Shown here piece by piece: positions 9,538-23,900 of a stretch of DNA of 48,238 nucleotides. This stretch comes from Spirogloea muscicola (lineage: Eukaryota), in contig WELB01000004.1 in NCBI GenBank assembly GCA_009602725.1, positions 1,486,336 through 1,534,573 on the forward strand, given 5' to 3'. The notes beneath the pieces are model-generated. The model was not told where the DNA came from. It did no database searches and saw nothing but the letters and a program-made list of their open reading frames with translations. Positions within the stretch are counted from its first letter, which is position 1, and the number at the start of each line of letters is the position of its first letter. A program made the position numbers and the translations under genes.

Positions 9538-12500
9538 ATGGCGAAGGTCGTGTCGGCGGTCGAGGACGACCTGCTGGCGCGCGCCGCCGAGGACGGCGTG
9601 CCGTGGGACCGCCTCACCAAGCGCCTCAAGCTCTACCTCGGGTCCCGCGACGCCTGGCTCCGCCGGTAGATTCGAACCCAAACCTTAAACCCTAAAACCT
9701 TAACCCCTAGGCCGCACTGAGGGACTCCCACTGTCATCGTTTCTTGTAAGCTGCTTGCGTGCGGACTGTGCGTTCCATCTGGGCGATGATCATCGCACGC
9801 CATAGTGCAGACTGGCCTTGGTCACGCGCGGGATTATTCTGGCAATCCACTGTGCTGGTCAAGCACGCAGCTTCCTTCAGCGGATGCGATAGCTGACTTG
9901 CCTAAATCTAGTGTGCTCGTGGTTGTCATGTTACCTTGCGTGCCATGGGCTGAGCGTAGCTGCAGTGCTCCCGGACTGAGTCAGCACAGTGATGATCGTC
10001 AAAGGCGAAGCTGCGAGGCCCCCCAGTGCCAAAGACGAGCTCCTGGCTATGCAATAGCATACATACAACATGACCACTGGACGTTGCAATCCCTTGCTAC
10101 GCAGAATCAAGGAGCACTGCATCAAGAAGAGGTACAGGTGGAGCAAGTGCGCCGCCAAGAACGTCTGCAAGGAGTATGAGTACTACGAGGACCTCATGCG
10201 CCACGTCAAGAAGAATCAGTCAGTGAGCTCTTGAGCGTGGCCGCGTCCACCTTCCCTTTCTGGGTCCTTCAGGGCGGCATCGTCAAAATTAAAATTGACG
10301 CTTGCGGTGCCAGTCAATGGAAAGGCAGCACCCTGCTTGCTTGGCTTGCATGCAGCATACAGTAACTTAGCCAGCTGCTATACAAAACTGATGTGCAAGA
10401 GTTGCTATATGCTGTGATGGGTGCAGCTGTTTCCGTACCACCTCGCTGAAGACGTGTGCCGCATCATCCGCGTCTCGCCATTCAATTACTACTGTGACAT
10501 GCTGTACGAGGTGCTCAAATCAGGTAAGTCTCAGTACTGGGAGAATCAGCTCCGTTTTGTTTGCCGCCTAAAGGTTATGCTGGTGGCCCCTCCGTGACTG
10601 GCTTCTTCGTGGATGCTTGCATTATGATTAAACATTATAATCATTCCACCCCACAGACGTTCTGTAGCTAAGTAAAAGCATGCAAGTAGAGCTGTTGACG
10701 TGGCAGTCTCTTAGCTGAAGTGTATGATGGCTCCACTCCAGAGCGCTCGTATGACTCTATTCCCAACTTCAGCGCTGCGGATGCTCTTCGAGAGACAGGA
10801 GTCGGTCGCAACCAGTACATTGACCTCATGAACAAGTGTAGATCCAAGGTGAGACTTGTCCGGTGCAGTCAAGGTCGTGATGTAAGCTGAGTTAAATGCA
10901 TAAATTCAGTGGTGCTAGCACTTACCTTTCATGCTATATGGTGAATATGATATATATTACAGATGTTGTGGAGAGTGAACAAGAGCTTCGTCAAGGAGAT
11001 GCTGCCAAGCCAGCCCATTCAATTTCCGCTGGAACCATGGTGGCATGTCACCGTTGTCAACCTGACTCACGAGGAGTTCAGGGTCAGGTCATCTCATGTC
11101 CTAACTCCCCTCATCTCGTGTCCTTATGTTCCTTACTCATGTCCTGATTGCTGCATACGCTCGTCAGGTCTTGCCTTTGAACAGTGTCATAGTGGCACCT
11201 ATTGGACACAGTAAATCCGTCTTCATGGCATGCCAATGCAGGACTACCCGTCAGGTGCTGAGTTTTCTCGCTGTTGCTGATTTCTCGTACCTTGTCAATC
11301 TTCTTCTTCTTGCAAAATTGTTCTACAGAAGCTGTCTGAGGAGGAGAGCGTCTTGGTGAAGACAGCAGCCAAAGATGCCCCAGCCCTGGTCGGAGAGTTC
11401 AACATTGACACTCTGAGAGAGCTCTACAACCGGGGTCTCATCTACTTCGACGTGCCCGTCTTTCCAGACGATATCTTTCACAGTAAGTACCAGTTAGTTA
11501 GGAACGGGGGTTGGATTCTGGGAACCTGGGTACATGTTTATATCTGACAGCCGTTGCACATGCTGGGTGACACGAAGCTCACAACTTGTAAGCAGTTGCA
11601 CTGAGGGTTCTTGAGAGCGGCGAGCATGACTACATTCGATCTTGCGTGCAGTTTCTACGTTGGAAGGCTTTGTCTCTAACACCAATCAAGCCTACGAGGA
11701 TGAAGTTGAAGGGTACTCAAGCGCACCTTACTGATGCCTTGAACATGCTGAGCACTTCAATTCTGAACGTTGTATTGGTGTATGTTTTGTGAAGGAGGTA
11801 GTCATCCACTTGATTAAGAGCTGGTAGCCATGTTCTTTGTTGCATCTAGGTACAACACCAAGTTGCTTGTAGATACCTGTTCGAGGCCTTGAATGCCTTT
11901 GAGCAGGTCACGGAAAGTGATGGCTAGTGAAGACCATCCCATCTTGCAGGCTACTCTACTCACTGTTCGTAGCATTCAGTGAACGAGCCACTGTAGCAGA
12001 GCTAGCTACAACGCTACAAGCGAATCTGGAGCGCCTTGGGGCTGCCGTCTCTCTGGCCTGCCGGCTCGGCTGGGCTCGTAAGGTAGATGCTATATGAAAT
12101 GAAATGAAGTTATATTATCAATTGTTGGACTCTAAGTTTTACTGCTCATTTTGACCCACACACTAGGATGATGATGAAATGGACTGTTGGCCAATCTCGA
12201 CTCCAGCTTGATTGGTAAAGTGATCACCTCGTTGGCTCAGAGTTCTGTGTGGCCATCACAACTTAAAGGTGACGACTTCGCTTGCTTCAGGTAATGAGCG
12301 TCGAAGCGATACTTGACGATGACAATGAGGAGGCGTCTGCTGTTACTGACCGCAACTTGGGGCTGACTGAAGGAGGGGCTACTGACAAGGGCTTGAGGCC
12401 AAGCCTGTCAGCTGACCAGCTTGCGGATGCCCCCAAAGCGGCAATCAACAGGATTGCTTTCCTGGTGGACGCCAACCTTACCTCCTACCTCATGATGGGA

Positions 12501-15500
12501 TCGCTGTCCCCTGGTGCTGTGACAAGAAACCCAAGCCTTGTCTACAGCAGATTTTGTTACTCACCTGAGATCTCTATATCCTCTTGGCTTCAAGTTTGAT
12601 GGTTGCACACATTGCTCCAGTCTCTAGCTTCATGGTGCTAACAGAATGTAAGGACAACCAAGTATTCCGCAGGATGCAGAACTTCTAAAGTGAGTGCTAG
12701 CTCTCTACTCTATGTGGTCTATTAGAGGGTGTAGTAATTTGAGTTGGGTGCTTTTAATGAGCAGGTTTGAAGCAGCAGGCAGTGACGCTGTTCGAGGCCG
12801 GAAAGCTGGGCGACAGGCAGGTCATGGAGCTGTGCAACGGCCTGAGGGGCCTGGAGGGCACCAAGCTCGAGGGCGAGCTCCAGCACTTTGCAAACCACGC
12901 CGAGAGCCTGCGCTGCGCACTCGAGTACCTCTCGACCGGCCAGGTGGCGTCTGCCACTTCAGTGCAGGACTTAGTGCCCTCCAAAGGCGCAGTCGAGCCG
13001 GATGCCTCAGCAGGTCAGCAAGTAGATGACCACGGCAGAGGGATGGAGATTCAGCGAGACAGTGGAGAGAGCCGTGCGGCGGAGCACGAGGGAATGGCGG
13101 CTCTTGGCGCGGCGGAGCTCAAGGTCGACGACGTGGAGCTCGCTGGTCATAGCACGCTGGAGGCCGCTGATGTGCAGCAGAAGAGCGTCACTGAGTCTCT
13201 GGGGTCTCACCCAGCTCTGCTGCAGGTCGGCGACAGCACCTCGCTCACAGAGTGGGCCACGTGGGGCCCTCAAGTGATGACTGGCGAGGCGCGGACTGAT
13301 CATGACCAAGCGCCGGACAATGGCAACGAGTTTGGCGATTGGGAGACGGCAGCAGCTTCGAGCAGCGGCGGCGGTGGTGGCGAGGCAGAGGGCCCGGTGT
13401 GGGCCGGAAGCTGGGAGCAGGATGTGGCAGCTTCCGGCGGCGCCGGCACGGCCGCCTGGCCGAGCCTCGATGGCGCAGCGCCCACGAGCACCAGTCAAGG
13501 CATGGCGGCCAGTGGTGACCGCCCACTGTTGTCTCTGAACCTCATTGACATGGACACGGCGCTCAGCTCGTCGCCAAGAGAAGATGGTGGTGAAGCCAAG
13601 GATCGCAGCAGCAGGAGCAAGATGGTGCAAGGGGCCGCGAGGTACAAGGTGGATGTGCTGCGTAGCGAGAGCCTGGCGGGGCTGCCGCCACCCACATTGC
13701 GCCGCGTGCTCCGTCGCGAGTACTCCACGGTGGTCTCCATGGCGCCGCTTGCTGCCGCGCCGGCGCTGCATAGCGGCGACGCCGAGGACGGTGGCGAGGG
13801 CCCGGCGCATTTTGGGCCGCCCTGCGCTGCGGCAACGTCGCCCTGGATGGCGCTGCTGCTGTATGCGGCAAGTGGGGCGGGGCCGGTGACCCTGGCGCTC
13901 GTCCGTGGGCAGCGCCTCCGGAAGCTGCCGCCGCCACTCGGCGGCTGCCGCAGGGCGTCGGTTTGGACGTGGGATGCGTCGGCACTCGGCGGCGTCGGAG
14001 GCAAGGCCGAGGGCTCCCTCGTCGACGGCAGCGTGCTGCTCCACGTCCTGAATTCGCTCCTCCGGCTCTCAGCAGTCCTCGTCCAGCCATACCCGGCACA
14101 TGGCGGCAGCTTGGAAGGTCCGCCAGGAGATAGCAATCTGGAGCTCATCACTTGTGACGTCCCGCTCCCCATCGGCTCGCTAGCCGGGGACTCTGCGGCG
14201 GCAGCCCCAGAGCTGGCTTCGCAGCACGGCAACTGCCTGAGCGCTGCGAGGGACGTCGCGACCAGAGCCGGACTGCACACCATTGGCTACTTTGCGGATG
14301 CTGCGAGTGCTTTGGAGGGCTCGTAGCGGCACCGGTGCTGCCGAGGACTCGTCGCAACCCCAAGATAGTGCTGTCGTGGCCCAAGGTGGCGCGCAACTTG
14401 ACAGTGCCGAGGAGTGCTGGGCTGCAGCACGCTTGCGTCCACTAGACAACGAAGGCTTGCCGCCGGGCGTGACATGGGGCTGGGTGCCGCTTGGGGTCTC
14501 GTTCGGCATCCCCCTCTTTGACACGCAGCTGTGCAGGAGGGTGTGCGAGAACGCCGCCAAGCTGGGCATGCTGGAAGCGCCGAGGCTGCAGGAGCACGGC
14601 GCCTGCATGGCGGGCTTGAGGGGCAAGCTGCGCAACTTCATCTCGGACCTCAAGCCCAATGGCCCAGTGTCCATGTAAGCTCTAAGAACAAGAAGCATAT
14701 GTCTGGTTGTCGCGATGAACAGGAAGAGGATTCAGACTTAGTGTCATTGAGGGAGGAGACCATGGATCTGCTGCTTGCGGTTTGTTAGACTAACGCTGGC
14801 ACCCCGACTTCGCAATCAATATTTAGTACTTATGAAGTACCTCAACAGTAAGTCAGTAACAAAATGTCAGGACAGTGCTTGATGCCAGGGTCCTTCGATT
14901 GCCTGCCTATGCAGGGCTGCTTACAAACCAGGGGTACACAGTCAAGCACGCATGGATGGCTTCGAGGGCTTTCTATTATCCAGCAAGGACTGGTCGCAAC
15001 ACACAGATGCTGCTGACATTCCCGTATTGAGTCCGAGGATTCCCCGCCGTGATCCTTGGTGCACGCCTGAAGACACTGACAGGGGTGTTGGCCACTCGGA
15101 GTCTGTACTTGTGGGCTTTGAGAGATTTAGGTGGGTTGATATCCTCATACCTCTATGACTGCCTCACTTTACTCTGTTCTGCTTGATGAAGCAGCATGAC
15201 GAGCTTATCCACTGTCTCCTAGATGACTTCTGCGAATTTCCGCACTATTACTAGCAGCTTGGTTGCATTGCCATCTCTGCCCTACTCATGTGGTCACAAC
15301 TTGATCTAGCAAGGCATGGAAGCTCAGTGATTCATGCAACCACAAATAAATGCTGTTTGCTTTTGGTCTCAGATATTCCAGGCAAGCCAGTCAGCCATCT
15401 GGAGTGAAGAGGGACATAGCTGACGAGCAGTCGACGTCAACTTCACATCCACCAGGTTGTGGACTGCAAACAAATGTGCAGCCTGCTTGTTTGCATGATA

Positions 15501-16054
15501 CCACCCAAGTATTCATATGAGCTTTCTGGTGCTATGTCCTGAGCCAACACTCACCTTTCTTTCTGGCCTGAAGCGTCTTGCTTTGGATCATACTTGGATG
15601 CCATGATTGTGGTCCAGAGGCTTATAACTTTATTGACCTTGTTCTGCACGGCAGATAGACCAGTTGAGGATGAGGACATCCTTCCCGGTGTGAACCTCAT
15701 ATTTGATGGGGCCACTTTGGCACCATACAACATCGGCTCTGTCCTCCAGGTACCGTAGGCAGACCTCAGCTATTATGTGCCACTAAGATCCTGTATGCGG
15801 GGTACATCAATATCAAGGAGCTAGCAATGCATCAACCAGCCCATCAAGCCTGACTTTGCAGACTGCCTTTGGCCTACTGTGAGGCACATGATGATAGGCA
15901 TGCCAATGTATTGTGGATAAGTATAAGTGGGTCGCACTTAACGAGTCGTTTCACACAGTAACCTTGAAGGAATGCCATGAACAATGTTGCTTTCAAATGG
16001 CAGGGGAGACTTCCTGCTGCGCTCATCACTGAAGCAGCTCATCTGGTTGCTTAA
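9538..16054 (+). CDS. FAM91A1: FAM91A1 homolog. Exons 9538-9665, 10105-10222, 10427-10523, 10742-10848, 10963-11082, 11329-11482, 11652-11712, 11950-12082, 12291-12513, 12765-14674 (frameshift at ~14291), 14915-15130, 15373-15455, 15655-15749, 16004-16054
   Basis: Motifs PWDRLTKRLK, EYYEDLMR, LFPYHLAE.VCR..RVSPF.YYCDM, YDSIPNFSAADALR.TGVGRNQYIDLMNKCRSK, LYNRGLIYFDVPV, RIAFLVDANLTSYLMMGSLSPGLK, WVPLGVSFGIPLFD, LPGVNLIFDG. GT-AG phases are consistent. Confidence 0.93.
9675..9710. repeat. Telomere-like/telo-box array at the start of FAM91A1 intron 1
   Basis: aacccaaaccttAAACCCTAAaaccttaacccctag; contains an exact AAACCCTAA. Confidence 0.75.
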
Positions 16055-16122
16055 CGATTTTGTACGTTGGAACACCAAAGCTTCCCACAAGGTGCCTTAC
16101 TTTGCCTGTCTGGTCTCCTTTG

Positions 16123-16220
16123 GAGGGAGGGAGGGAGAAAGAGACACAGAGAGAGTGGGAGGGAGAAAGGAGGGGACGAGGGAGGGAGGAAGGGAGGGAC
16201 CGAGGGATGGAGGGAGAGAG
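16123..16220. repeat. Purine-rich GGAG/GA low-complexity tract downstream of the FAM91A1 stop codon
   Basis: Direct read. Confidence 0.8.
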
Positions 16221-18969
16221 CTTTGCTTGCTGCTCGTATTCTGCCAGTGCCTTTAGATCAAGTGCTGCCTATGACATGTACACATTCTTGGTTACCATGA
16301 GAGCATACACAAGAATCAATGACATTCTTGTACTTACAGTTGCGAGTCTGGATATGTGGATAACACTGCGTCCTTGGCGGAGCCATTAATTGCATGTTAG
16401 CAGTTCATCTTTGCCAATCCGGTCAGCATCCCCCCTCTCATTTCTGCCTGGTTCCCACTTTGCCTCATCACGCAGACGAATGGTGCAGCAGCTTTGGTGG
16501 GCTCTTAAGTACTATGTATTATTGAACCTGGATTTCATCGCTCCAGGGTCGAGTAGCTGCCTGAGGAGCTGACTGCTTCATTCGAGGTGTGCACCCCTGT
16601 GTGGATTGTAAGAGGCAAGTTCAGATGCTTGCGTTTGGAGTAGAATTGCATTGAGAGAGACACCACTGGAAGGCACCTGCTTACATGGAGAAGCTGCAGG
16701 AGCAGCTGACAGAAGCACAGTGTTTGTGGCATGTGCAGAGCTGCGAAGTCAAGGAGCCAAACCGTTGCTTGTTGTCCATCAAAGAATCTGGGCACACAAC
16801 CTGCAGTTGTGATGTCATTGTTTTGCCGTTATTATAATTGACGAAGATGCAACCAAGAGCCTAAGTTTTCTGAACATGCTCTACCTGCATCGACCACTTA
16901 CAAGTTTATTAGGGATTTAACCTATTAAACTTGTCCACACCTTGCAACCCCACATTATCTTTGAAGCTTTGCTTCAAAGCAAGGTGAAGTGCATCTGGAT
17001 TTGTCACCTTTCTTTGGGCAGGATGTCCACAAACTTGCCCCCTTGGAGGAGGGAGGACTCTTCTCCCTCATGCCTTTGGAAACGATCATTTTTATTGATG
17101 ATAAAAGAGACTTTGGTGCAGTGGCGTTTCTCCTGTCATGACTGTGAAGTCCTTGGTCCAGCAACGCATTGCATTCATGGACTGGCTGTCCATAGATGGC
17201 AAAGGCTTACAGTTGCGCATGCAAGAAGATGGTTCACTTATGCAGATCATAGCTGCTGCTTTGATCTGCTGACTTAAGGACCAACTGGGCTTGCTGCTCC
17301 AGTCCACCACCGAAGGTGCAGACCTTCCTCCATATCTGGGACACTGAAAGAGCTACATAGCATCATGGGATGTTGAGAGTTGTGGCAGCTGAAGCAGGTA
17401 AAGATTTTCAAGTGGTAGTGCGTCGGAAGCAATAGGAGCACCGCGCGCAATCTACCATTGTGAACAACACGAGTCCTCTGTGGTGGACCGCTGCTGTCAG
17501 CACTAGTATGGGTTACTGCAGCTCTAGCGGCACTAAGTTGGTCAGTCCCCACCTCCGACGTGATAAAAACTACAAAGCTTGCATGAGCATGCAAGCTCAC
17601 AAAACCATTCGGAAGCTCGAAGGCCCGATGGCAAGACAGAGTATGGCGCCTTCCAAGCAAGCGCAGTGGCAGCTGCGCACGTCAGACGGACCCTCTGGGC
17701 CGCCGGAAAATCTGGCGCAGGCACTTGGCCACGGCGTCCCAGACCTCGCGCCAACACGGCCGGTTTAGCCCCTTCTCCGTCGCCATAGTGCAGTGCAACC
17801 TCCGGCAAGGCTTCCTGTGATGGAGGTCCGAGCCAGTCAGTGCAAATATGGGTTGACGAACCTCCCTTGCCGTTCCTGCTGGCAGATATGCCGGAGCTGC
17901 TGCGGCGGCTATGGGCGAGCGACCCACACAGCACAATGGCAGCGCTAAGTGTGGAGTGTCGTGGACTGTAGGTGTTGTCTAAAGAGCTGGCAGAGATGCC
18001 GATGGTGGTGATCGTTGACATGCATGCAGGAGCTGGACTGCAGGAGCTGGGACCGAGGGTTTATGGTTGGCATCAAAATAATTTTCCCAGAGTGGTCACT
18101 ATCCCAGTTTTCGGAAAGCTCATACATATTATGTGATGCAATAATTCAGGCCCTAGCAGTTCTTGCGGCTTCCACGTCGCGCAGCCTTCCGGTGGGTGCC
18201 GGCACAGGGCCAGGAGAGGGTTGTCATGCGTCAGGTGCAAAGAGTCTCAGCTTGGCCCTCGGTGGCACTCAACGGCTTGATATGGATCTAAATTGCGATC
18301 ATCGAGCGCGCAGCTGAAGGCCTGTAATCAAGTTCAGGCCTCGTAAGCGTGGTGTCAAGAGCCTCAGTTGTCAGATGATGGGTTTCGGGCGCTTGTCTCC
18401 TGCGAGGTGAAGCCAATTGGTAGCACCAGCAATAGTATCAAAGGCCATCTTGAGTCGCTCTTCTACCAGGAGAGGAGGCGCAGGGCTCCCAAAGTTACAC
18501 AGTCTTGGTGTGAAGAGGTTGGAGCAAGGAGGAACGCCGCAATATCGAGCTTCACTACAACTGCATGGCCTCAGTTTGATGGCGGCAAAAGCAGCTGCCA
18601 GAAGCATGGATCTACACTGGCAAAGCTGCAACGGACGTCGTTCTTTATGTTCCAAAGGCTGTTGAGGTCTGTGTGGCAGTAAAAGTTGACATCCAGAACG
18701 CACATTATTCTACAGTACTGCACAGACAGACTTAGACTTGGGGCCAAAGCAATGCAATAAAGCTCCGGGTCAATCACCCTGCCAGTATACAAAAGAATGG
18801 GGGACTTGAGGGCTTACAATCAGTGCTGTTGATCAGCTTCAAATTCAGCTCATTAGGCTTTATTTTGGCCAGCTTCTAAGGAGGCGCCCAGAGAGGGGTG
18901 CCAGTAATGTGTTGCGTGGCGGGCTTCAATTCACACCTGACTCTACTAGTTTTCATTGTGGGCTCTGCA

Positions 18970-21900
18970 TCAACCAAGTTCGCCCGCCACCCTCATCGCC
19001 TTGTCTGCAAGAACGTTAACAGCCTCTGTGAAGAGGACGTCCGGTGGCAAGGCTCCTGTCGACTCTATTGAGACTGCAAAAAACGAGGTAAGTTCAGGTG
19101 TCAGTTGACTGACTCATACAATTAACACCATGCTGGCAAGGAAGGTCCAGCCTGGACTTCGATCAACGGGTTCACAGAGAGTTGTGAAGACATGGCACAA
19201 AATTCAGCCCCTACATCTGCCATACCGCCCTACAATAATGCTATGGTGGCACTGGTAGCTGGCATCATATGCGGAAACTGGGTTGCGCAGCAAAGAACCA
19301 AGCTTAAATATATGGAGGTATGTTCCATACGCATAAAAGAATCTCTGACCATCTTTGCTGTGTGACACAATCTCCAATCACTGCGCATAAGCAGTCGGGA
19401 CAGAAGCAATCACGCACAGATGAAGTGATCCCGTTTTCTCGTCAGCTGGATGTGCTCCTCCCAGCCCTCTTCCATGATGCACTCACGGCACAGAGTGCAC
19501 GCGCGGGGGTTCACAACCCGGGCTTGCCTTTGTCCTGGCACCCATCTTCAAGAGACCCTTCAGGATATACCCAAGAAAAGCAAGACTATGCTGAAGCCAC
19601 ATGTATTCGACATCTATAAGCAGAATCGTGAGCAAGTGCAGCATCAGGTGAGTGGACAGGGTGTGATAGAGCTTGCTTGCATACTACTGCACAGACTTTC
19701 TTGAGAAGGTTCATAGGGATCAAGGGCTAAGGGCAGCGATGCATCGAGCGCATGAAGCACCCCTGCACTCACCTCGGCCGAGGTTCTCAATGTCAAAGAC
19801 GCCCGCGGGACACTTCTGTATGAGGCTGTCAGCCATATCCTCTTTCACGGGCTTCTTGATCACCACCTACATGACATACGCCACAACACTGGGTTGTGAG
19901 AAGAAAGCACAAGGCAACCTGGCAAACATCCCTCTGTGAAATGTCATGATATTGACAAGCAAAAACTGACAAAGCATCCTGTAGAGCTCTGCCAATTCAA
20001 CATTTTGACGGTACTTCTGAGTACTTGGAATGGTTGTCGAGACTTGACTGTACAAGCCTGATGCAATTGGCAAGACAAAGCACCAGCAGCGAAGGATCTG
20101 AAGAGAACATGCGTGAGAAGCATTCAACAACAGAAGTTCATTCGCATCAAAGAGGTGCTGCAAGAATCCTCACCTCAGGCAGCATCTTGTAGAAGGCTGT
20201 AGCAACAGGTGACCACTTGGCATGCGTCTTGCCCACGCCCTTCACAGCGTGCGCCTCCAACTCAACAGACTAATTTGAACAAGAATTGCTCATGAGTATG
20301 TCGCTGCAGCTTGAGTCAGATTTTGCACAGGACAACCTGCCAGATGATTAAGATAGGCACCTGTGTGATACAGCCCTCACGGTGGAGAATGCAATGTAGT
20401 TAAGAAACAGCATGAAGCCTGGCAACAAGTGCGTGCTTGGAAGAACGGGCAGGCTGGCAGGACCTGGCCCGGCCGCAGCTTGGTGAGCACGATGTCATCG
20501 AGCGTGGGCTGGATGCTGGCGCCCTTGAGCTCTTGCCCATCCTCCTGAGAGGTGGCAAACGACGTGAACTTCTGCTCCTGGTTGGGCGGCAGCTCGCTGC
20601 CAGCCGGTAGCCACTGCAGCGCTCCCGACAGGACTGCCAAGCGAGGGCCACCATATGTACGTCTGCAGTCAGGTTCATGCTCCACATGGCAACTAGGAAG
20701 CAATTGGTGTTACAGACACTAGCTGTACTCCTGATGAGCAATTGCTGAGGGAGGAGGACAGGGTGCAAGACTTTCCACTGACAAGAAGAACGTTTCTGCA
20801 TTCAGCACAAACTACAGAGTTTACAGCTGCAACCCGAAGTCCTTTCCATGCAGTATGACATCAAAGACCTCGATGACTCAAATGCTGGACTTTTTACAGG
20901 CACAAGAACTGCAGTGGTGCTTGTCTTAGTGGAGCAGGGCCCTTTTCTGTGACAGGCAGCAGATCACCTGAAGCGCCGACGATACGGTCGCCGTCCCGCT
21001 TGCACGACGCAGCAAGCTTGAAGACAATTGTGTTCTTCTCGCCAGCCGCATCATCGTCTGCGAGTTCCTCAACCAGCTGTCAATGAGACTAAGCAATGCT
21101 CAAGCTATATGGCCTATGGCTTTTGCTTGTCACTAGCTGAGAAGACCCAGCCTCCTGACCACAAGCACAACATTGGGGCTGTCTGCGAGCAGACTGACAA
21201 CTGCAGATTTTAGACCCAGTGAAGGCTGCAACATGACCATAACAATGCCAACTTTTGGATGACGCTCTCAAGTTGGCTTTGCTAAATGTTTTGCTTAATT
21301 TTGCTGAAGATTGATCTGATTGCAACCTCCAGAAAAATCAAAAACCCGACCCAGAAAGCTAGAGCTGATTCTTGAAGGTTTTCTCAGGCTGGCAGTGGGC
21401 GGGAGAGGACAGCTGGCCCACCTGCCTTGTACTCAAATCTGCGAGGGTCGACCCTTAGCGGGACGAGGCCAAGGCGATGAGCCAGGACCTCGTCCTGCAT
21501 CACCGACGTGTTGTCGACCATGAACACCTTCTCAATCGCCATTGTCGGCACCTGCAGGTGTGCCAGAGCCCCGAGATGGACAGCACCAGTGTAACACGCC
21601 ATGTCAGCTTCAAGTACTCAATTACTCTGATACATCAACGTTACAATCAATCTAGAAATCACAGTGAACCATTTCTTGAACTACAGCAAGGCAAGGAGTT
21701 TGCTATGTTTCAACAACGCACCAGTGGCTGTTGGTATTACTGCTATGAAGTTGGGGCCTACAAGCCTCGCAGGTGGGGCGGTCACCTCCGCAATGAGGAT
21801 GCGGCGAAAGGCGTTGGCCAGTGAGGCGTCAATGCCCACCAAGTCGAACTCCATGTCGGTGGCGCTCATGGACTTAATCTCCACCTGCCGCAACACATTC

Positions 21901-22921
21901 ACACAGAGGCGGCTGCCAAATGTCAGCCCCTCATTCCTACCCTGCAGCCTGTAGCTCAGATCCGTAGGCTTTCCGGCCTTGTGCATCAAGACTTCACAAG
22001 CGCTTTATGATAAGATTAGCACGTCCCATTTCGAGCTTCAAGGGCAGCCACGAACTGATGCTGCACACCATTTGTGCGAGGAAAGCAGTGAGCCCGCATT
22101 CAGCTCAACGACCAGGAATGGACGGTGCCGTGGGTTGAGGTGGCGGCACCTTGAGGTTGCGCCGGAGCTCCTCAAAGCGGAAGCTGTTGTCTACACCCAG
22201 CGCCAAGTACGCACCCGCTGCTTGCACGGAGCTCGTCTGCAGGCAGGCCGACGCTGCGCCAGCGTGAGCAGTGGGCGGCAGCGGTGCTGACGCAAGGTCC
22301 ACCTTACTACTGCTGTCATTGGTCAAGATCAAAGTCTGGGTGGTTATAGACTTTGGTTATACACGGTAACTCGAGTTGAGTTAACAAATCTGTAGCATAT
22401 CGTCGCATGTCACTCTGTTGCTTTGGCATGCAGGGTTACTAATGACTGGAACGAAGGGCCTCAAGGCTCGAGGGTGAGGAGTCAGCGTCAAAGGCGAACC
22501 TTCGAGTCGTGGTACAAGCATTGGGGTTTTGCACTTGGGTTTTTGGAAGTTGGGGTTTGGGATCCGGGGGTTTGAGAATTTGGAGCTCTCGAGGTGCTCG
22601 GAGAAGGGCTTGGGACCAGGGCTTGGGGGCCCTACAGCTGAGCTCGGTGTAATACATTTAGCTAGATCCACAGCTCCACCCGAGTGACTTGTGATACGAC
22701 TTAATGGAGGATAGATTGTCCATCCAGTACCAGAACCCACGTCCACTACCGCAGGACTTAACAGAAGAACTCAAGATGGTGGTAATGACGGTAAACCCAC
22801 GTGGTCGGGCGCGTCCTTGCGGCAGGCGACGCGCGTGCGCCGCAGCTCCAGGTGCGGCGGCAGCGCCGGCGCCGCCCCGCCGTCGTCCGCCTCCGCCGCG
22901 GCGGCGCCGCTCTTCTTCCTC
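18970..22921 (-). CDS. RPAC1: DNA-directed RNA polymerases I and III subunit RPAC1 (AC40); start codon in gap. Exons (minus) >22921-22801, 22236-22150, 21884-21786, 21551-21422, 21057-20968, 20633-20464, 20269-20174, 19866-19773, 19534-19418, 19073-18970
   Basis: Motifs [120 protein letters not shown]. Confidence 0.96.
22521..22575. repeat. Degenerate telomere-like (TTTGGG-type) tract in the first visible RPAC1 intron
   Basis: ttggggttttgcacttgggtttttggaagttggggtttggg. Confidence 0.45.
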
Positions 22922-23818
<897 letters not shown>

Positions 23819-23835
23819 CGGCCGTCGCTCTCCCG

Positions 23836-23900
23836 TTACCCGTTACCCCTTCTAAACCCCTCGGCTTTCAGCCTTAAACCCCTGGTCCTGGCCTTAAAGC
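23836..23900. repeat. Degenerate telomere-like (TAAACCC) tract just after the SECE1 stop codon
   Basis: ttacccgttaccccttctaaacccc...ttaaacccc...ttaaagccc. Confidence 0.45.

Noticed and set aside
8550..9629. 359-aa minus-strand ORF and overlapping ORFs in the ICMT/FAM91A1 spacer
   Set aside because: It runs through the (GA)n microsatellite, repeat copies and antisense FAM91A1 exon 1. There is no recognisable domain, and such ORFs are expected in GC-rich DNA.
13007..14283. Long antisense ORFs (345 aa, 262 aa) over FAM91A1; likewise over KIN17 and GGT
   Set aside because: Shadow ORFs of GC3-rich coding sequence.
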